64,000 nucleotides of DNA from Paragordius varius (GCA_964247055.1 OZ176053.1:11222001-11286000); one strand, 5' to 3'. Counted from the stretch's first letter, positions 50,001 through 64,000 are shown. Notes: generated by a model from the sequence alone, not told the origin. Numbers and translations: made by a program.

Positions 50001-53000
50001 TTAACACTTCATTACCTTTTCACTATTTTTCCTAGTTTATGTGAAAGTTTTATATCCCAGAGCATTTTGTAATTAAACAACAGTTTCGAAATTAAAATTT
50101 TATCAAACATTGTTCTCATGTATTAGATAAAAGCTATATTTACAGTTTTGTGAGAGTCTAAAATTGGGAACGATCGAAACGAATATACTAAAATCCTGGT
50201 AAAATGTAACCTGATAGGTTTTAAAAGTTAATTATTTACATTTTCTAACCTTAGTATACATTTATTTTTACCATTTTTAGCCATTTAAAAATTTTATAGA
50301 AAAAAATGGCAGCAAAAAAGTTAGATATGATGATTTTTATACTAATCTACATTTGTTAAAATTTTTTGTTTAAAGCTCCTAAAAGGCTAAAAAAGCATGT
50401 TGTTTAAATATTCAAATTTCAAATCGCCCTGAGGTATAAAGCTATCCAAATAAGTATTTTGAGTGAAATAGAGGAAAAATATTTATTGGTGTTTAACGTT
50501 AAACAACTTTAGCAAATGCTTTTAAAAAAAATTTAGACTAACTTTATAGCATGTATGTGATCTAAGGCTTCGATTTCACCAATCTGTTTGTAAACTGACA
50601 TGGTATACCGCCGACCGCGATATCCGGTTCCTCGAACATCAACATAAGCCACAACGACGTTATAGCGAGAACAAACGAATTCGTTCCAAGTTAAATCGAA
50701 CTGTGCATCTACTATTTGACTGTTTGGACCACCGTATCTAATATTAGAATTATTGTTAAAATTGAAACATATTTATTTAAAAATTTATTTTGGATATGAT
50801 TAATAGTAAGTAGTTTTGTTTCATAATCATTGGAATAAATAAATGGCTCAAAAAAATAAAAGGTTGTTTTAAACTAGCATCATGGTGTAATTACTTAGAA
50901 TTTAACAAATATTAATATATACCAGGGGTGGCCAACGAGGTGACCGTGGTCACTTTCGTGACCGCGACAACTCAAAAGTGACCGCCTGAAAATATTTTTT
51001 TTAAAAAATTTTATTGATTTTTTTCGGATAGTTGGCTACTTCTGAGCGAATTTAAATTTAAAATACAAAAAAATACGGTTTAAATTAAAAAAAAACGTCT
51101 AAGAAAAGGGTGTAAAAAAATTATTTTATTAATTATAATTCATATGTTTTGGAGCATTTGCATTAAAACTTAAAATCAGTCATTTCCCTTGAATATATCA
51201 AAACTTTGAGCAAAGCTTATTCATAAATCAGAAGCATAATCGTGAAGTTAGATTTGATTTGATACACCAAAAGTAGGTTTTTAAAACTTATATTTTAGAA
51301 TGAGCCAAAAAAAGTTGTACAGATACAAGAAAGATTGGGAGCATGAATACTTTTTTATTATGATAAATGAAACATGCACCTGTCTAATATGCAATAGTAC
51401 TGTTGCTTTGCCCAAAAAGTCAAATATTGAAAGACATTATAGATCTCTGCATCCACATTACTCCAAAAACTACCCCTTACAAACTCAAGAACGCAACATT
51501 AAAGTAAAGGAATTAAAAGAACAATTATCCGCCTCACAAAATAGCATACTTAAATACAACAAAGACTATAAAAATGCTATGATTGCTTCATTCAAGGTAG
51601 CGGAAATACTCATTCGGAACAATAAGCCATTCCAAGATGGTGAAATATTTAAAGAAGCCTTTATTAGCGCTTGTGATATTTTATTTGAAAATTTTGATAA
51701 CAAAAATAATATTATGACAGCTATTAAAAGCATAAGCTTATCGAGAAATACCGTTATGCGCAGGGCTGAAGATATTAGTAATAATCTTGATGAAATTTTA
51801 CATGAAGATATTAATAACTGTATTTTTTTTCCTTGCAACTCGATGAGTCCACCGATTATGTTGGAATCGCTGCAAGATCAAGCAGCCAATCTTGATCTTT
51901 CAATTCAGGGTATGAAAATTTAGAATTTTCTAAAAAAATTTCTATTTGTGGTAAAAGTTGCCTAAATCTAATTAAAAATGCGGCACGACTCAACCACCTT
52001 ACATCAGTATGTAATAAAAGTTCTCCATATTCCACGCCGCACTCATTTAACAAAATTCGAAATTGGCGGCGGGACAAGCTTTTTGTTCGAATGGCGTTAA
52101 CAATTTTAAAACAGGGGTTCATTACATGATGGTATTTTAAAACTTTTGAACATAAAACTTGATTATGGATTATACAATGGTAATCAATGAACTTGGGAAA
52201 TGCACTGTTTTTACATAAAGACATCGCTATTTTTTTATCATGCCCATTTAATAATAATAATAATGTTGAATATATTGCTCAAAAACTCAGCCACTTTCTT
52301 GGTGTACCAAATTTAGCAGAGTTGGAAGAGGAATTAATAAATGTTAAATGCGATATCCATCTAAAATCATTAGGATCAGATATATATAAATTTATAAATA
52401 AAGATAAATACCCCCATATTTGGAAAACCGCTGCATTATTCAATTCTTTTTTTGGATCCACATATTTATGTGAATCGGCTTTTTCAATTATAAATGCTAT
52501 CAAAACTAAACAGAGGTCACAATTAACTAATAAACATTTAGAATCATGTTTGAGAATTTCTTTGACTTCATTTGAACCTAATTTAGATAAACTTTCTGAA
52601 TTTTTTCGCAGTCGGGCGTTTTAAATATTTTTTTCTTTATTAAATATGGATGTTTATCGAGTTGTATTTTCGCTTAGGAAAAAGCCGATTTACTAAAAAA
52701 TATGTGGATAGAATTAAAACTGATACAATTTTAATGTACTCTTATTTATGTTCAAATTATGGTTCTAAATTGGAATGCTATTTTTTATTTCTTTTATTTT
52801 TTGTATCATAATGTATTCTCCCCTGTAATTTCAAATGCATTGTTTAAATTTTTTATTGTAAAATTTCATATAATAGAAATTTAATAAATAAATATTTTGA
52901 AGTGTTTTATGTTGGTTAAAAAATTAAGGTAGTTAATAACCCGTTGTCTTTTAATTAAAATTATTTTTGTATTTGGTTGATAGATAAAAAAATTACAATT

Positions 53001-56000
53001 TTAAAATGGTTTAAACAAGTCACTCTAATCTGTAAAGCAGGTATATACATCATTTAAAGTGTTGATTGAGTTTTTTTGATAAATATTTCTGGGTGACCGC
53101 GAACTCTTTTTTTAACAAAAAAGCCAAAAAAAAGCTCGCGACAAAAAAAGTGTGGCCACCCCTGATATATACAATAGTTACCCCTAACCCGCCACATTTT
53201 GAAAAAAATACACCTATAAACTAATTAGCTCATACTAATTATTACCAACTGAATCGATTTTTAAATTTGGTTCTAATATTTATGTTATAAAGGTTGAAGT
53301 TGAACAACCTTTTCCTATATTGAATAGTTTATGGTATAATGAAACCGTTTTTAATGAGCCAATAAAAATAAAAAAAATAAATGTAATCATTTTTTGTGTT
53401 ATTATTATTGGAATTTCTGTAGATTGTGGTTAGTTATTATCTATTCCGTGAAATTTAATTTATTATATTTTTTATTTAATTGTTAAAAAAATTAAGATGA
53501 CCCATCTATTTTATCATTATGGGGGATTAACTATAGATAACATGGGAAATTTAATATAAAAATATCTTACAAATAAATCAACAATGGGTAGCTTTGTTGT
53601 TTTTGTTCATCAAAATTTTCCGGAAAATAGAGTTTGGCTTTAAATGCTATGATAAAATTTAAAATATATATATTTTTTTTCTTTTACAAAATATTAAAAT
53701 TAAAGTTATAAGAATTAGTTATTTACAAGTTTTTTGAAACATAAAAATTTTATAATATATTGTTACAGGGCGAAGAATCAAAATATATGCATCCTAAGAC
53801 CTTTTAGGAGCAAAAAGTAAAAATTGAATTGTCGCTAAAGTGTTTTCTTTATTTTTTAATAAAGTACTGGAACAATTAAAATTAATTAACTTTCTTTATT
53901 ATTTGATAGCAAAAATTTCATTTGCTATTTTTTAAAATTAACTGTTTTTCCAATCGAATTCTGGAGCCATCCAAATCAGAATAGAAGTTACAAAACTGGA
54001 AAAATCAGAGTTATGATCAGTATAATAATATGGTGTCAGAATTTAATTTTAACCAATATGTTGTTCAAATAATTTAATAAAAAATTATCGGGATTAAAAA
54101 TTATTCTTTATATAAAAATACAAAAGGTAGTGAGGTGTTAAGAAATAAACAAATGACTTGTATGCACCTAAAACATCATTCAAATTTCACTTTGCCACTA
54201 CTTTTGTGAAAGATATTGTTTCAAATAAATAACTTTGGATTTTTGCGTTTAAATGGCCTTATATACGCGGCGTTCAAAAAAATCCTTATGATTTATATAT
54301 ATATATATATATATATTCATATGAAAATATATTAGGATTATCCTGGTCATTTTGGTTTTGTCCTTAGGAGCAATTTAAGAAGTTATTTCATTTTTGTGGT
54401 AAGTGCATGATACAAGAAATGGTAAAATTTGCGAGCACATATTTTAAGCCAATTGCTTCATTCCAAAAAATATCACTAAAATATATCATAAACTAAATAA
54501 AAAAAGTAAAATAATATTTTTAAAAAATTTTAATTTTTAGATGTGGGCTCTGAAAGTCTCAAATTTTTTTGCTCTTCAAAAATCAGCTGCTACTCTTAAA
54601 ATAAACGCAACAATGGCGGGATTGCGCTATAGAAAATTTGATATATGAAAATTTTGATGTCTAAAAATATTTTTTAAAAAGGCATACTTTTTTAAAAATT
54701 TAATTTTTACAAAAATTTTGTTGAAGCGTGCTTCATACTATTTTATGTCATGATAGAAACAGTTTAAAAATGCTTAAAATATTATAAAAACACTTTTTCT
54801 ATATAATTCGATTGAACATTTCTATCCTCTGAATTTTGATTATTTTTGGTTCGCCTTCACATTAAAAATCAATTCTGTTTTTTTTCACAAAAGTTTACCA
54901 AAATTTTAAAGCCAACGAATCTTTAAATTAAAATTCCGAAGCGATAGAAATGTTGAGCAATCTTATATAGAAAATAAGTTGGTCTTTAGCGTTTTTTTAC
55001 CGTTTCCATCGTGCCTCAAAATTGTATAAGGTACGCTTCTAAAAAAACTTGCTAAAAATTAAATTATTTTAAAAATAGGCATTTTTAAAAAATAATTTTA
55101 GCTGGTATCAAAATAAGCCCATTTTAGAAGAGCAAACTTTTTTGGGAAGAGCCCACATCTGAAAATTAAAATTATTTAAAAATATTTTTTCAAATGTAGT
55201 TTTTGATATTAGTGTATTTTTTGGAATTTAACATTTCTTTTACCAAAAAAATCATTAAAAAATAAGTGTAAATTTTACCATTTTGTGATATGGAGCACTA
55301 CCACAAAAGTATAAATAACTTTCTTATACACACATTTATAGTTTAAATATGAGAAACGATAAATATAACAGTAAGTCATACTTAAATTCTTTGAATCATA
55401 CGGTATGTCAATGAAAATAGGAGGTGGCAAAGCCTTGTTGGCAAAAAGAGCGGTTGCATCTTTGTTTTCAAAAATTTTTGGGTTTTGGATTAAGCCGGAA
55501 ACAAAACTGTTAAAGGAGGAATTTGATGTAATGTTTTCACTTTTGATTTCACCATCTTTCTCAGAAATGTAAGTTAGGTCCTTTATTTTAATAAGCGCAA
55601 TGGATGGTATTTCCGGCCCTTTGCAACTCATTAAAGCATAAGATGAAGCTGGACTAAATGTCGGTTCATAATAATCACAATTGTTGTAATATCCTGCCTT
55701 ATTCAGATTGCATGTTAGACATTTGGCTGGTTTATGAATAACATTTTGATTAAATATGTTCATTGGGGTTGAGATGGCATTTTCGGTCATATTTGACAAT
55801 TCAATAGCGCAGAGATGTCGTGAACCTGGATGCCTTATGGGAGAAATCATATAATATATGATATTCTTATCTACAGCAATTATGTCTGTTACGCTATAGT
55901 CACTATTTTGTTCCAGAAAATGTATGCTTGGTTGGATTGGTACGTGTAAATTAGTCTATTTAAAATGACATATTTTCATAAATAGAGTGAAGCCCTTCTC

Positions 56001-59000
56001 TAAATTCCTTAATGACCCCGATTGTGAAAAAAATACATATTTTAATATCCGCATCATGAATCTTGCTCTCTAAACAAATTAAAAAATTAATAAATGATTG
56101 AGAATATATATTTTTTATGATTTTTTGGGTGATTCTGCTGGCTCTAAAATACCCACAAACTCCCAAGTTTGTACAAAGGTGAATTTATTAAAAACGATTA
56201 TAACTTATTATTTTTTAAAAATCGGAAAAGTGTATGATGATTCATTTCATTAGTTTAAAAGACTTGTTGATCTTCAGGGGGTCATTAAAGGGTGTAGGAT
56301 AATGTAATCTTACTTAAAATTATAAGACAATTAATTTTATTATCTCATGATTGAACACTAAATATCATTTTTAACATGCTAAATATAACTTACGCCAATA
56401 TCAAATATAGCAAGGTGATCATAAAAATCATCTCCAATCTTAGCAGGGAGAATCGTTATTATAGACAGAGATTCATTATCGTTGTGAAGTTTGAACTCCA
56501 TATCTGAGGACAAGGATTTTATGCCTTCCTTAGAATGGGGACCGTATGAATCTAAGGGGAGGGAACTATGATAGTGATGTTGATGATACGGATACATTTT
56601 ATGAAGCATAAATTTTGGATGATTAAACACCACGTATTTTGTACGCCTTTTTATCCTTCTCAATCCTGGTCGAATAATATAAAATGATGTAGGTTCCAAC
56701 CATCCAGCGGCATATCTGGGCATGTCTTTGGTTTTCCATTCATCGCTAAACTGGTAAAATGAGTTTTTGATTTGGAACACTAATACGCATGTTCCATTAC
56801 TTATCTCACATTTATGTAATTGTATCTCGGTACTATCTCTTGATTCTAGCAATATTCCAAGCATGTTCGAATCGATCCATATAATGTCGTAAACGAAAAT
56901 ATCAATGTTACCATTCTCACTAATGTAATAAACAACATTAGTTACTCAGTTAAACAAGTTGTAGCATTTGTTTGAAGAACTAAGTAAAGGTTCATTGATT
57001 TTTTATGCAATAATAATTAAAAATATATTTTAGGCCCTAAAATATTAATTTATCACTAAAAAACCGCGTGCTGTAGCTATTAAATCAATATGTTAAATTA
57101 CGTCAAATTAACTTCTACAAAAGTTATTTGATAATTGTATACAAAAGTTTAATCATAAAATTAATTTGTAAATTTACGAAATCCATTATGTATATAGAGA
57201 TTTATATACTTTAAGAGTATATAATATGTTCTTATTATGGATCATTAATTTTTTTAATTGTATTTTCTAATAATTTATATTAGGTTAGAAAAATAGAATT
57301 TAAAGTTATAACGAAACTAATGTAATATCCCATACTTTTGATGTGAAAAAACCCATTGAAACTTCATCTCAATGGATTTAAGTGGTTCAATTAATTTGAC
57401 AACAAATATTTGAACGATGGAAATAGATTCGTTGACTTTTGGATAGGGCAGATAATTGACTGTAGGGTATATATTTTCTTGATTTCCGTAATATATCATA
57501 GGGTGCTCCTTTACATTTGTATTATCTATCCGATAATATGCAATCGCCTCATTATTTTGTGACCATTGGAAGGCACAGGCATTAACCAATATTTCTTCTA
57601 TATAAGCATGATAACTTTAGTTTTATCAATTTACAAATTTTCTAAGCACTGTAAATATAATTTATTGACAATCTAGTGTAATCTTTAGACTTATTAAAAT
57701 TATATATAAAGTGTAATAATAGTTAATATAATTAAATTATTAATATGAGTTTATCGTATTTTAAAAATTTCCCCAAAAACCTCATGATGACATATTTGAA
57801 AATATAGTGTGCCTCCAAACATAATTTAATGATAATAGTAAGGGAATAGCAAACGTTACAGTAAAAATACCTTCATATAACCAATCTGCAAAGCCATTCA
57901 ATATTTTTTCGTCGCTTGAACTGTTGGTTATTTGAATGGGTCGCACGTATAAATCAGGGACGTAATATATGTTATTTTCGTAAACGAATATCTATTAGTT
58001 ATCGAAAAGGGAATAATATAGATTCAAGAGCAGGATATTAAAATTTTTTATATTTATTTCACAATATATTTAAAAATATCCTAATTTAAGATTTAAGACC
58101 CATTAGATTATCGATTATGTTAATATCAGCACAAAATTACTATATAAACAATATTTATTATACGTTATTACGTACTTTAATGTGAACTAACTTTCTCCTT
58201 CAGGTTAAACCATAAAATAATATCAACTCATTTTTAAATATAAATATGTTGGTGCATACAGGCATGTGATCGTCCCTAACTCTTTCTTTACTAATAGAGT
58301 ATGATTCAATTTAAATGTTAAAATTTAGGATAATCATATGCGCATGACATGGAATACATTCATTATAAACGCGGTATTTTATTTTGGTTCAAGGAGGGTA
58401 TATTTATATAAAAACAATTGGCTCATTATAAGCCGATTTTTTAAACCAGAGATGTTCAACAATGGCTTCGCGGGCCAAATTTTTACCTGAGAAAAAATGG
58501 CGAGCCGTATTTAAAATATATTTTGATTATGGATAATTTATTAGATTATCATAGGATTTACAAATATTTTACATTTTTTCTAGTTTATTGTCAATTGCAT
58601 ATCTAACCCGTAGAGATTGTTTAAACGTTTAGGATAAGCTGCGTCATTATAATTTTAGGCGGCGTCACGATTTATCATGACGCCCCTTCTTTCATAAATA
58701 AATTGAGATGATTGGAAGATAATATTAAATTTAAATAAATACTAATTCATGTCCTTTGGGTGACCATGAAACGCATTTCAATTTAGCATCTGTTATTTGA
58801 TTCGGATATCGTGGGCCCAAACTTTGAAATTTTCTTATAAATTATAATTTTTAATAATATATTCAAATAAATGGCAAAAATTGGCTATTAATTTCCAAAA
58901 ATAACTAAAAACATTGAATCAAAACGAATAAAGATATTAAAGAAGTAAATTAAACCATATACGTACTTTGTCGCCAAATCGTATATTTGATATTTTGCTG

Positions 59001-60948
59001 TATAACTATGTCTAAATATCTAAAATCAAAATATTCAATTAACCTTTTCAATGTCCGATTCAATAAATAGATAATTTAAATCAGCTGACAGTTCATATCC
59101 TTGAAGTTGCGTTGAGTACTTTTGTTTTTTTAAAATATAAATAGTATAATATGTGATATTATTCACAAATACTGCAATTAATAGAATGTTATTTTTTACC
59201 AATATCTGCTTGGTCACAAGTTGAATTTGTTTAAAGTTTTCGACATCATACAATATTATGCCATCTTTATCATTATAGAAAGTGAATTGGGTGTCTATAG
59301 TTGGAAAAAAAGTTTTTATGACGATTAAATCATAAGGGGAATGCGCAGGGATTTTTAGCCTAGTCTGGCAGTGTTAATAAAATTTTGCAGTTGTCGGTTT
59401 ATAAACCGGCTGGCATAATATACCAGTCAGAGTCTACAATCAGTTTGTAACTAGGCCGACAAGCATAACACAACAAACAATTTTTAGGCCCATTCGAGTT
59501 AATTGCATTTTAAAATAACTTATATATCATTGCAACAGTTAATTACTAAGTATTTATTTTTGCCCCATCTGTATTATAAGGGTTAAAAAGATAGACATAA
59601 TTTATAATAAGTCAATCGAAAGATGAATATTAATACAAATTTATCTCTATATATAAATAATTTATATACAGATTTATAAAAATATAGTATACTCTGAGGG
59701 CATTATTCGGAAAACGTGTATGTTTTTTAAATAAAATAAAAAATATGTTTTATATAGATATGAATGAACCGAGCTTCAATCTTATTTTGGAATTACCTAC
59801 TTAATTTTTCACCTTGTATGATAATAAGGGTTTTAAAAGATTCAAATACTCAAAAGTGGCACTTTAAAGCAATAAAGCGACTTTTTAAAATAATTAGCCA
59901 CTACCGTTTCGCAAAAAACCCAAATGTCAAAAATAATTTTTAAACCAATTTTACGGAAAAAAGCGCTTGTGACATTAATTGTGCGTATTAATCTTACGAA
60001 TTTAAATATTATTGCTAAGAATTTTAGCTACACCTCGTGCAGAGCCCCACTTTAAAGTGGGCACTTTCAAACAATGTACCCATTAAGTGCGATTTTCCGA
60101 GAAACTAGTAGACCTATTTTAATTCTACGACCGATCTTGTTTAGTGTGTTTAGATCCCACCTCGTGGAAATACTCTCAGTCAAACAAAAAATTTCTATCC
60201 AACGCCAGTCGTATTTATATCGTCAATATCTGTAAATTTATATTATTATGTTTTCTCAATATACTTATATTAATGCTGTATTAACTATATATTTTTTAGA
60301 GTTTTCATGGGGATTACGTGCATAAAACATGTTTAAAAGTTTTTCATTAAACATATTTTTTTATTTATAAATCGTTGTATTTATGCGATCTCTTATAAAT
60401 TTACCAGATCATATCCTTTTTAAAACCAAAAATCTTAAAAATTATATTGATTTAAACAATTTCTACCATTTTAAGAATATTTCGCTCCATCGAAACTTTT
60501 TAGGTTATTTGTTAAACTAGGACCGAACATTGAGGTAAAACTAGAATTTTTTTGACTCAATTTTATATTTGGACAATTTATTGTTTGCATGATTATGTAA
60601 ATGAGGTACAAATTATTACATAAAATATAAAAATTACCCGAAACCCATTTGTAAGCTGGGGGAATCATTTTTTCATAGTTTAAAACATCATCTATCGTTA
60701 ATGGTTGATTTGATATAAGTTTAGCGTTTTCTATATGTGACAAAAATTAATTAAAAACGCATCAAAATTCAGGGTTTGAACTCTTTTTTTATTTAATTTT
60801 AAAAAATTAATTAATAAATGCAAAACTATCTACTTGGGGTAATGAGTATAATGGATATAACAATCAAGAAGCATATTATAAATATGACGAGCAAGGATAT
60901 AAAAATGCCCTTCCAATTATGTTGCGTCGACAAAGGATCCATCAAATC
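47092..60948 (-). CDS. Dipeptidyl peptidase IV family (S9B) type II membrane protein, DPP6/DPP10-like anchor, intact catalytic triad; first exon not located
   Basis: Exons include 60948-60834 (QHNWKGIFISLLVIFIICFLIVISIILITP), 60730-60638, 59294-59200, 59118-59044, 59019-58967 (IFRHSYTAKYQIYD), 58821-58743 (WSPKG), 57991-57871 (NGFADWLYE), 57597-57336, 56919-56394, 55955-55382, 53646-53571 (YPLLIY), 50737-50543 (YGGPNSQ..DVRGTGYRG), about 49927-49870 (IAIWGW), about 49788-49689 (SYGAY..CGIAVAPVTDW), about 49614-49490 (LLIHGTLD), about 48386-48320 (DNVHFQHS), 47283-47092 (YPDEDH..*). Confidence 0.92.
50923..53164 (+). mobile_element. hAT (Buster/Charlie, GTF2IRD2-like) DNA transposon with broken, internally rearranged transposase, in a DPP intron
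   Basis: TIR caggggtggcca (50923) / tggccacccctg (ends 53164); 8-bp TSD atatatac both sides; subterminal gtgaccgc repeats. Transposase N-terminus at 51300 (W...YFF, C.IC zinc-finger-like; SLSRNTV.RR), then FSLQLDESTD after a frameshift in a T-run near 51825; central HCIIH/HTDVRWLSR block on the minus strand; C-terminal FGSTYLCESAFS dimerisation motif at 52230-52624. Confidence 0.93.
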
Positions 60949-63900
60949 CTTAAAGATATTGTAAAGCAAATAAAACAATATAAAAAATGTTTAATGAAAA
61001 ATAACCTAATGTATTTACTATAAAATAATTTTTATAATCTGGTTATATGAGCCGTTTTCTTTTTGCCTAAATGTTTCTATTTCAACAATTTTTGTTACAC
61101 TGTGATGTCACATTACATGTGTGAAAAAATCGATGTGGCTCATGAAGGTGTTGTTGACTAGCATTAAATTAAAAATCTGGTTTTATATTATGTATGGTTT
61201 ATAAATTCACGTATAAAACAGTAACGATTTAATTTATAAATGTCAAACAAATGGTTCACAAAAATAGTTTTTTAAAACATTTAATTAACCAAAGCGCTGC
61301 GAGGGCCTTGTATATTTAAGTTTTTAAATTTTAGACGTTTTTCAAAGGATTGAGATCAAATCTTGCGGGAAAGAGAGGTCGTTTTGTCACCGACAGTGCA
61401 AATAATATCTGTGCTCATGAGCACGCCAAAAAATATATCTTTTGTATATATAAATCATAATTTCATATTTTTAGAAGGCCATTTAAAATTTTTAGGATTT
61501 ATTCCACAGTGCATCTCTCTGCATGTAGTGACAAACATCAATTAAAATAAAAAACTATGTATTATACTAAGTAATATCGTCGTTATAATTTTTCCATAAT
61601 ATTTTATGATATTGATACATATCAGCTGGAATTTTAAATGGTGGAGCTCACGTTGCAAATCATTAAAATAACCCAAAAACGTATTTGAAATATTCGACTG
61701 TTTTGAGGAATTAAAAAATTATATTTTTGCAAAAACTTTTCGATAAATAAAAAAATATATGTTTATGCGCGGTGTTTCGTGGAACTCTTCAAAAAGTATC
61801 TAAATGTAAAAAAGTAGATTTGTATCAAGTAAAAATATTTAATATGTTTAAATAAAATGAGTTTGATATTCTTCAGTTAAAAGCAACACTTTTCAAAACG
61901 CAATTTTTCAGACAAACATTTTTTCATCCAAATGCAACTTTCGAGCAAATACATTTTTAATTCCTTTGCTTTAAAATGTAGCGTTTGTGAAAAAATGTTG
62001 CGTTTTGTTGAAAAAGTGTTGCTTTTGACTAAATGGTATATTAAAAAGTAAAAAAATATATTACACTAGTCGACAAATTTGGACATTTTTAAGCACCACC
62101 ACTCAAACTTTTTAAATTATGACTAATTTCAGTGTTTTAAAACCGAATTTGAAAAAAATTTTGATCCCGCCAATCAGAATTTTGAAATATTATAGGTTTT
62201 TCAATTTTTCAAAAACAAGAGAAAATCGAGAGAAAATTAAATATAACTTTATAATAAAATGTTATTATATTATAAACTTAATATCATTTAAAAAAACGTT
62301 TTAAACTCTATCTTTTGAATATAAATATGTCATTTAAATATCAGAGAGAAAAAAATAGTACGGACTTAAACGTCAAAATTTAGTCCTTTTCTTTCAAGTG
62401 AATTTTTAATACGTATAAAATTTTTTTAAAAAATACTAAAAAAGGGATTCTATGGTTTAAACCTTCGGCTTTCAGATAGGCTATATTTATTTGTTAGTTT
62501 TCGTTCTTTCGAGTACTTATTAGACTTTTTCTCTTGAGTTGGTTCTTATAAAAAATTCTTTATTTATACCTAGTGGATATACCTTATTTTTTAAAAATTA
62601 TTGGTTGTTTTGTATTTTGAATTTCAGATGGATGTTGTTTAGCCACTTTTAGTAGAATTTACTGTTATGGGATTGGACCATTTGTATTTACCTAATTTAT
62701 ATTCAATTTAATTGTATTTATCTAACTTTATTCTGTAAATTGGTTAATTTAACATGAGAATTTGCCTGGATTTTGCTTGCAAGTCTCTCTTATCGGACTT
62801 TACGATTACTTATTGTTATCTTTGCCATATCTGGCATAATTGGATCGCTTGGGGGATATGCAGACTTTCACACTATACATAAGCCCCTTTTAGATTTTTA
62901 ATACTATGGCTCTTAGCTTGTTTAGTATCTTATTTAATGCCTAGAATTTGTTATCCATGCATGAAAAATTACTTGTATCGACTTGCTTGTTTGAATATTT
63001 AAACATATGTACACGAGGAATGATTGTTATTTTTGAATTAAATACAAATTTAAAAATTAAATTTTGGAAAAATCCTATTGGCGGCCTTAATTTTCTTTTT
63101 TGTTTTGGCCTATCCATGCCATTAGGTATCAGAAAATGCAAAAATAATGGGGTGGTGCAAAACCTTGTTGATCAGTGTTATCTATTATGCTTATTTTTTC
63201 GAAACTAGAATCCTTTCTGTACTTGGAGAAAATAATATACAATTTTTTATATAAATAGTATAGTTTTTGTAAATAGCATGACTTTTATAATCCAGTGTAT
63301 TTAAATAAACAATTATCCTATTAAACTCTCAAAACAAGTGTTTTTTAACCATATATTTTTTATGAAAAAACTTTCCAATTTTTAAAAATAAAACAAATAA
63401 TTATATTGATTAAGATATTTGAATATTATTTAAGTATCGATTCAAATAAAAAAATAAATACAACGAATTTTGAAAAAACTGTCTTTTAACAAATTTTCCA
63501 CCTTGTCCAATATAATATAACTTACTGATGCTAAATCAAAGTAATTCACCAGAACTATCCGTATTTTAGTGTGATGTGAGAAATAAGATTATAACATAAT
63601 TATTATATTCGATTCACCAATACACCTTTGAAAATGTTTAAAATATCTAACTAAAATACCTTTCTGACAAGCAAACCCCCTCCTGAATATTAACAGGTAT
63701 CAATTATGTTGTGTCATCCCAAACTATAATTAGTTTTTTGATCCTGTATAATTAGTACAATCATTATCTTATGGGAAGATTCTTAAATCAAATATCTAAA
63801 AAGTAATCAAGATATTGGATCAAATAAGCATTTTAACTTTTTAGGCATTCAAGTTTTTAAATAAATATAAAAAAGAAAATCCTCATCTCAACTGTTTCGC

Positions 63901-63964
63901 TACCATTTTATTACGATTGTATATCATCTTTAAAAAATGATAATAATTAACTTTGAATAACTTT

Positions 63965-63997
<33 letters not shown>

Positions 63998-64000
63998 ACA

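Noticed and set aside
51566-51838. Minus-strand 90-aa ORF in the transposon
   Set aside because: Antisense shadow of the transposase N-terminus (also 52279..52503).
61652-61663. Possible micro first exon (ATG ATT TGC AAC|gtgagc) for the DPP gene
   Set aside because: Phase-compatible but too short to distinguish from chance; the true start may lie elsewhere or outside the window.
62750-63210. Slightly GC-richer stretch with short ORFs on both strands
   Set aside because: No convincing domain motif; may be a decayed TE but cannot be supported.
1-64000. Prokaryotic-type features (CRISPR arrays, operons, rRNA, tRNA)
   Set aside because: The sequence is eukaryotic with spliceosomal introns; no regularly spaced repeat-spacer array or recognisable structural RNA gene was seen.

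Overview
Very AT-rich, intron-rich animal (invertebrate-type) genomic DNA. The ORF track captures only exon fragments, so gene models were rebuilt by hand from GT-AG boundaries and frame continuity. Contents: (1) A large minus-strand large lipid transfer protein gene (apolipophorin/vitellogenin family) that runs off the left edge. Its 5' exons splice in frame to give signal peptide - Kunitz - N/D/Y-rich linker - Kunitz - KRRRKR site - Vitellogenin_N domain, i.e. a Kunitz-LLTP fusion precursor. (2) A divergently transcribed, secreted four-Kunitz gene with a 264-codon acidic N/D/Q/E/R exon; one of its Kunitz exons is about 60% identical to the first Kunitz exon of the LLTP gene. (3) A small secreted peptide-precursor-like gene. 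(4) An intronless, probably GPI-anchored alpha-carbonic anhydrase. (5) A nearly complete DPP4/DPP6/10-family peptidase gene with an intact Ser-Asp-His triad, carrying an intronic hAT transposon (TIRs, 8-bp TSD) whose transposase centre is inverted. Also present: MITEs, a mariner remnant and (AT)n microsatellites. All coordinates and identities are manual and should be confirmed computationally and with RNA-seq.
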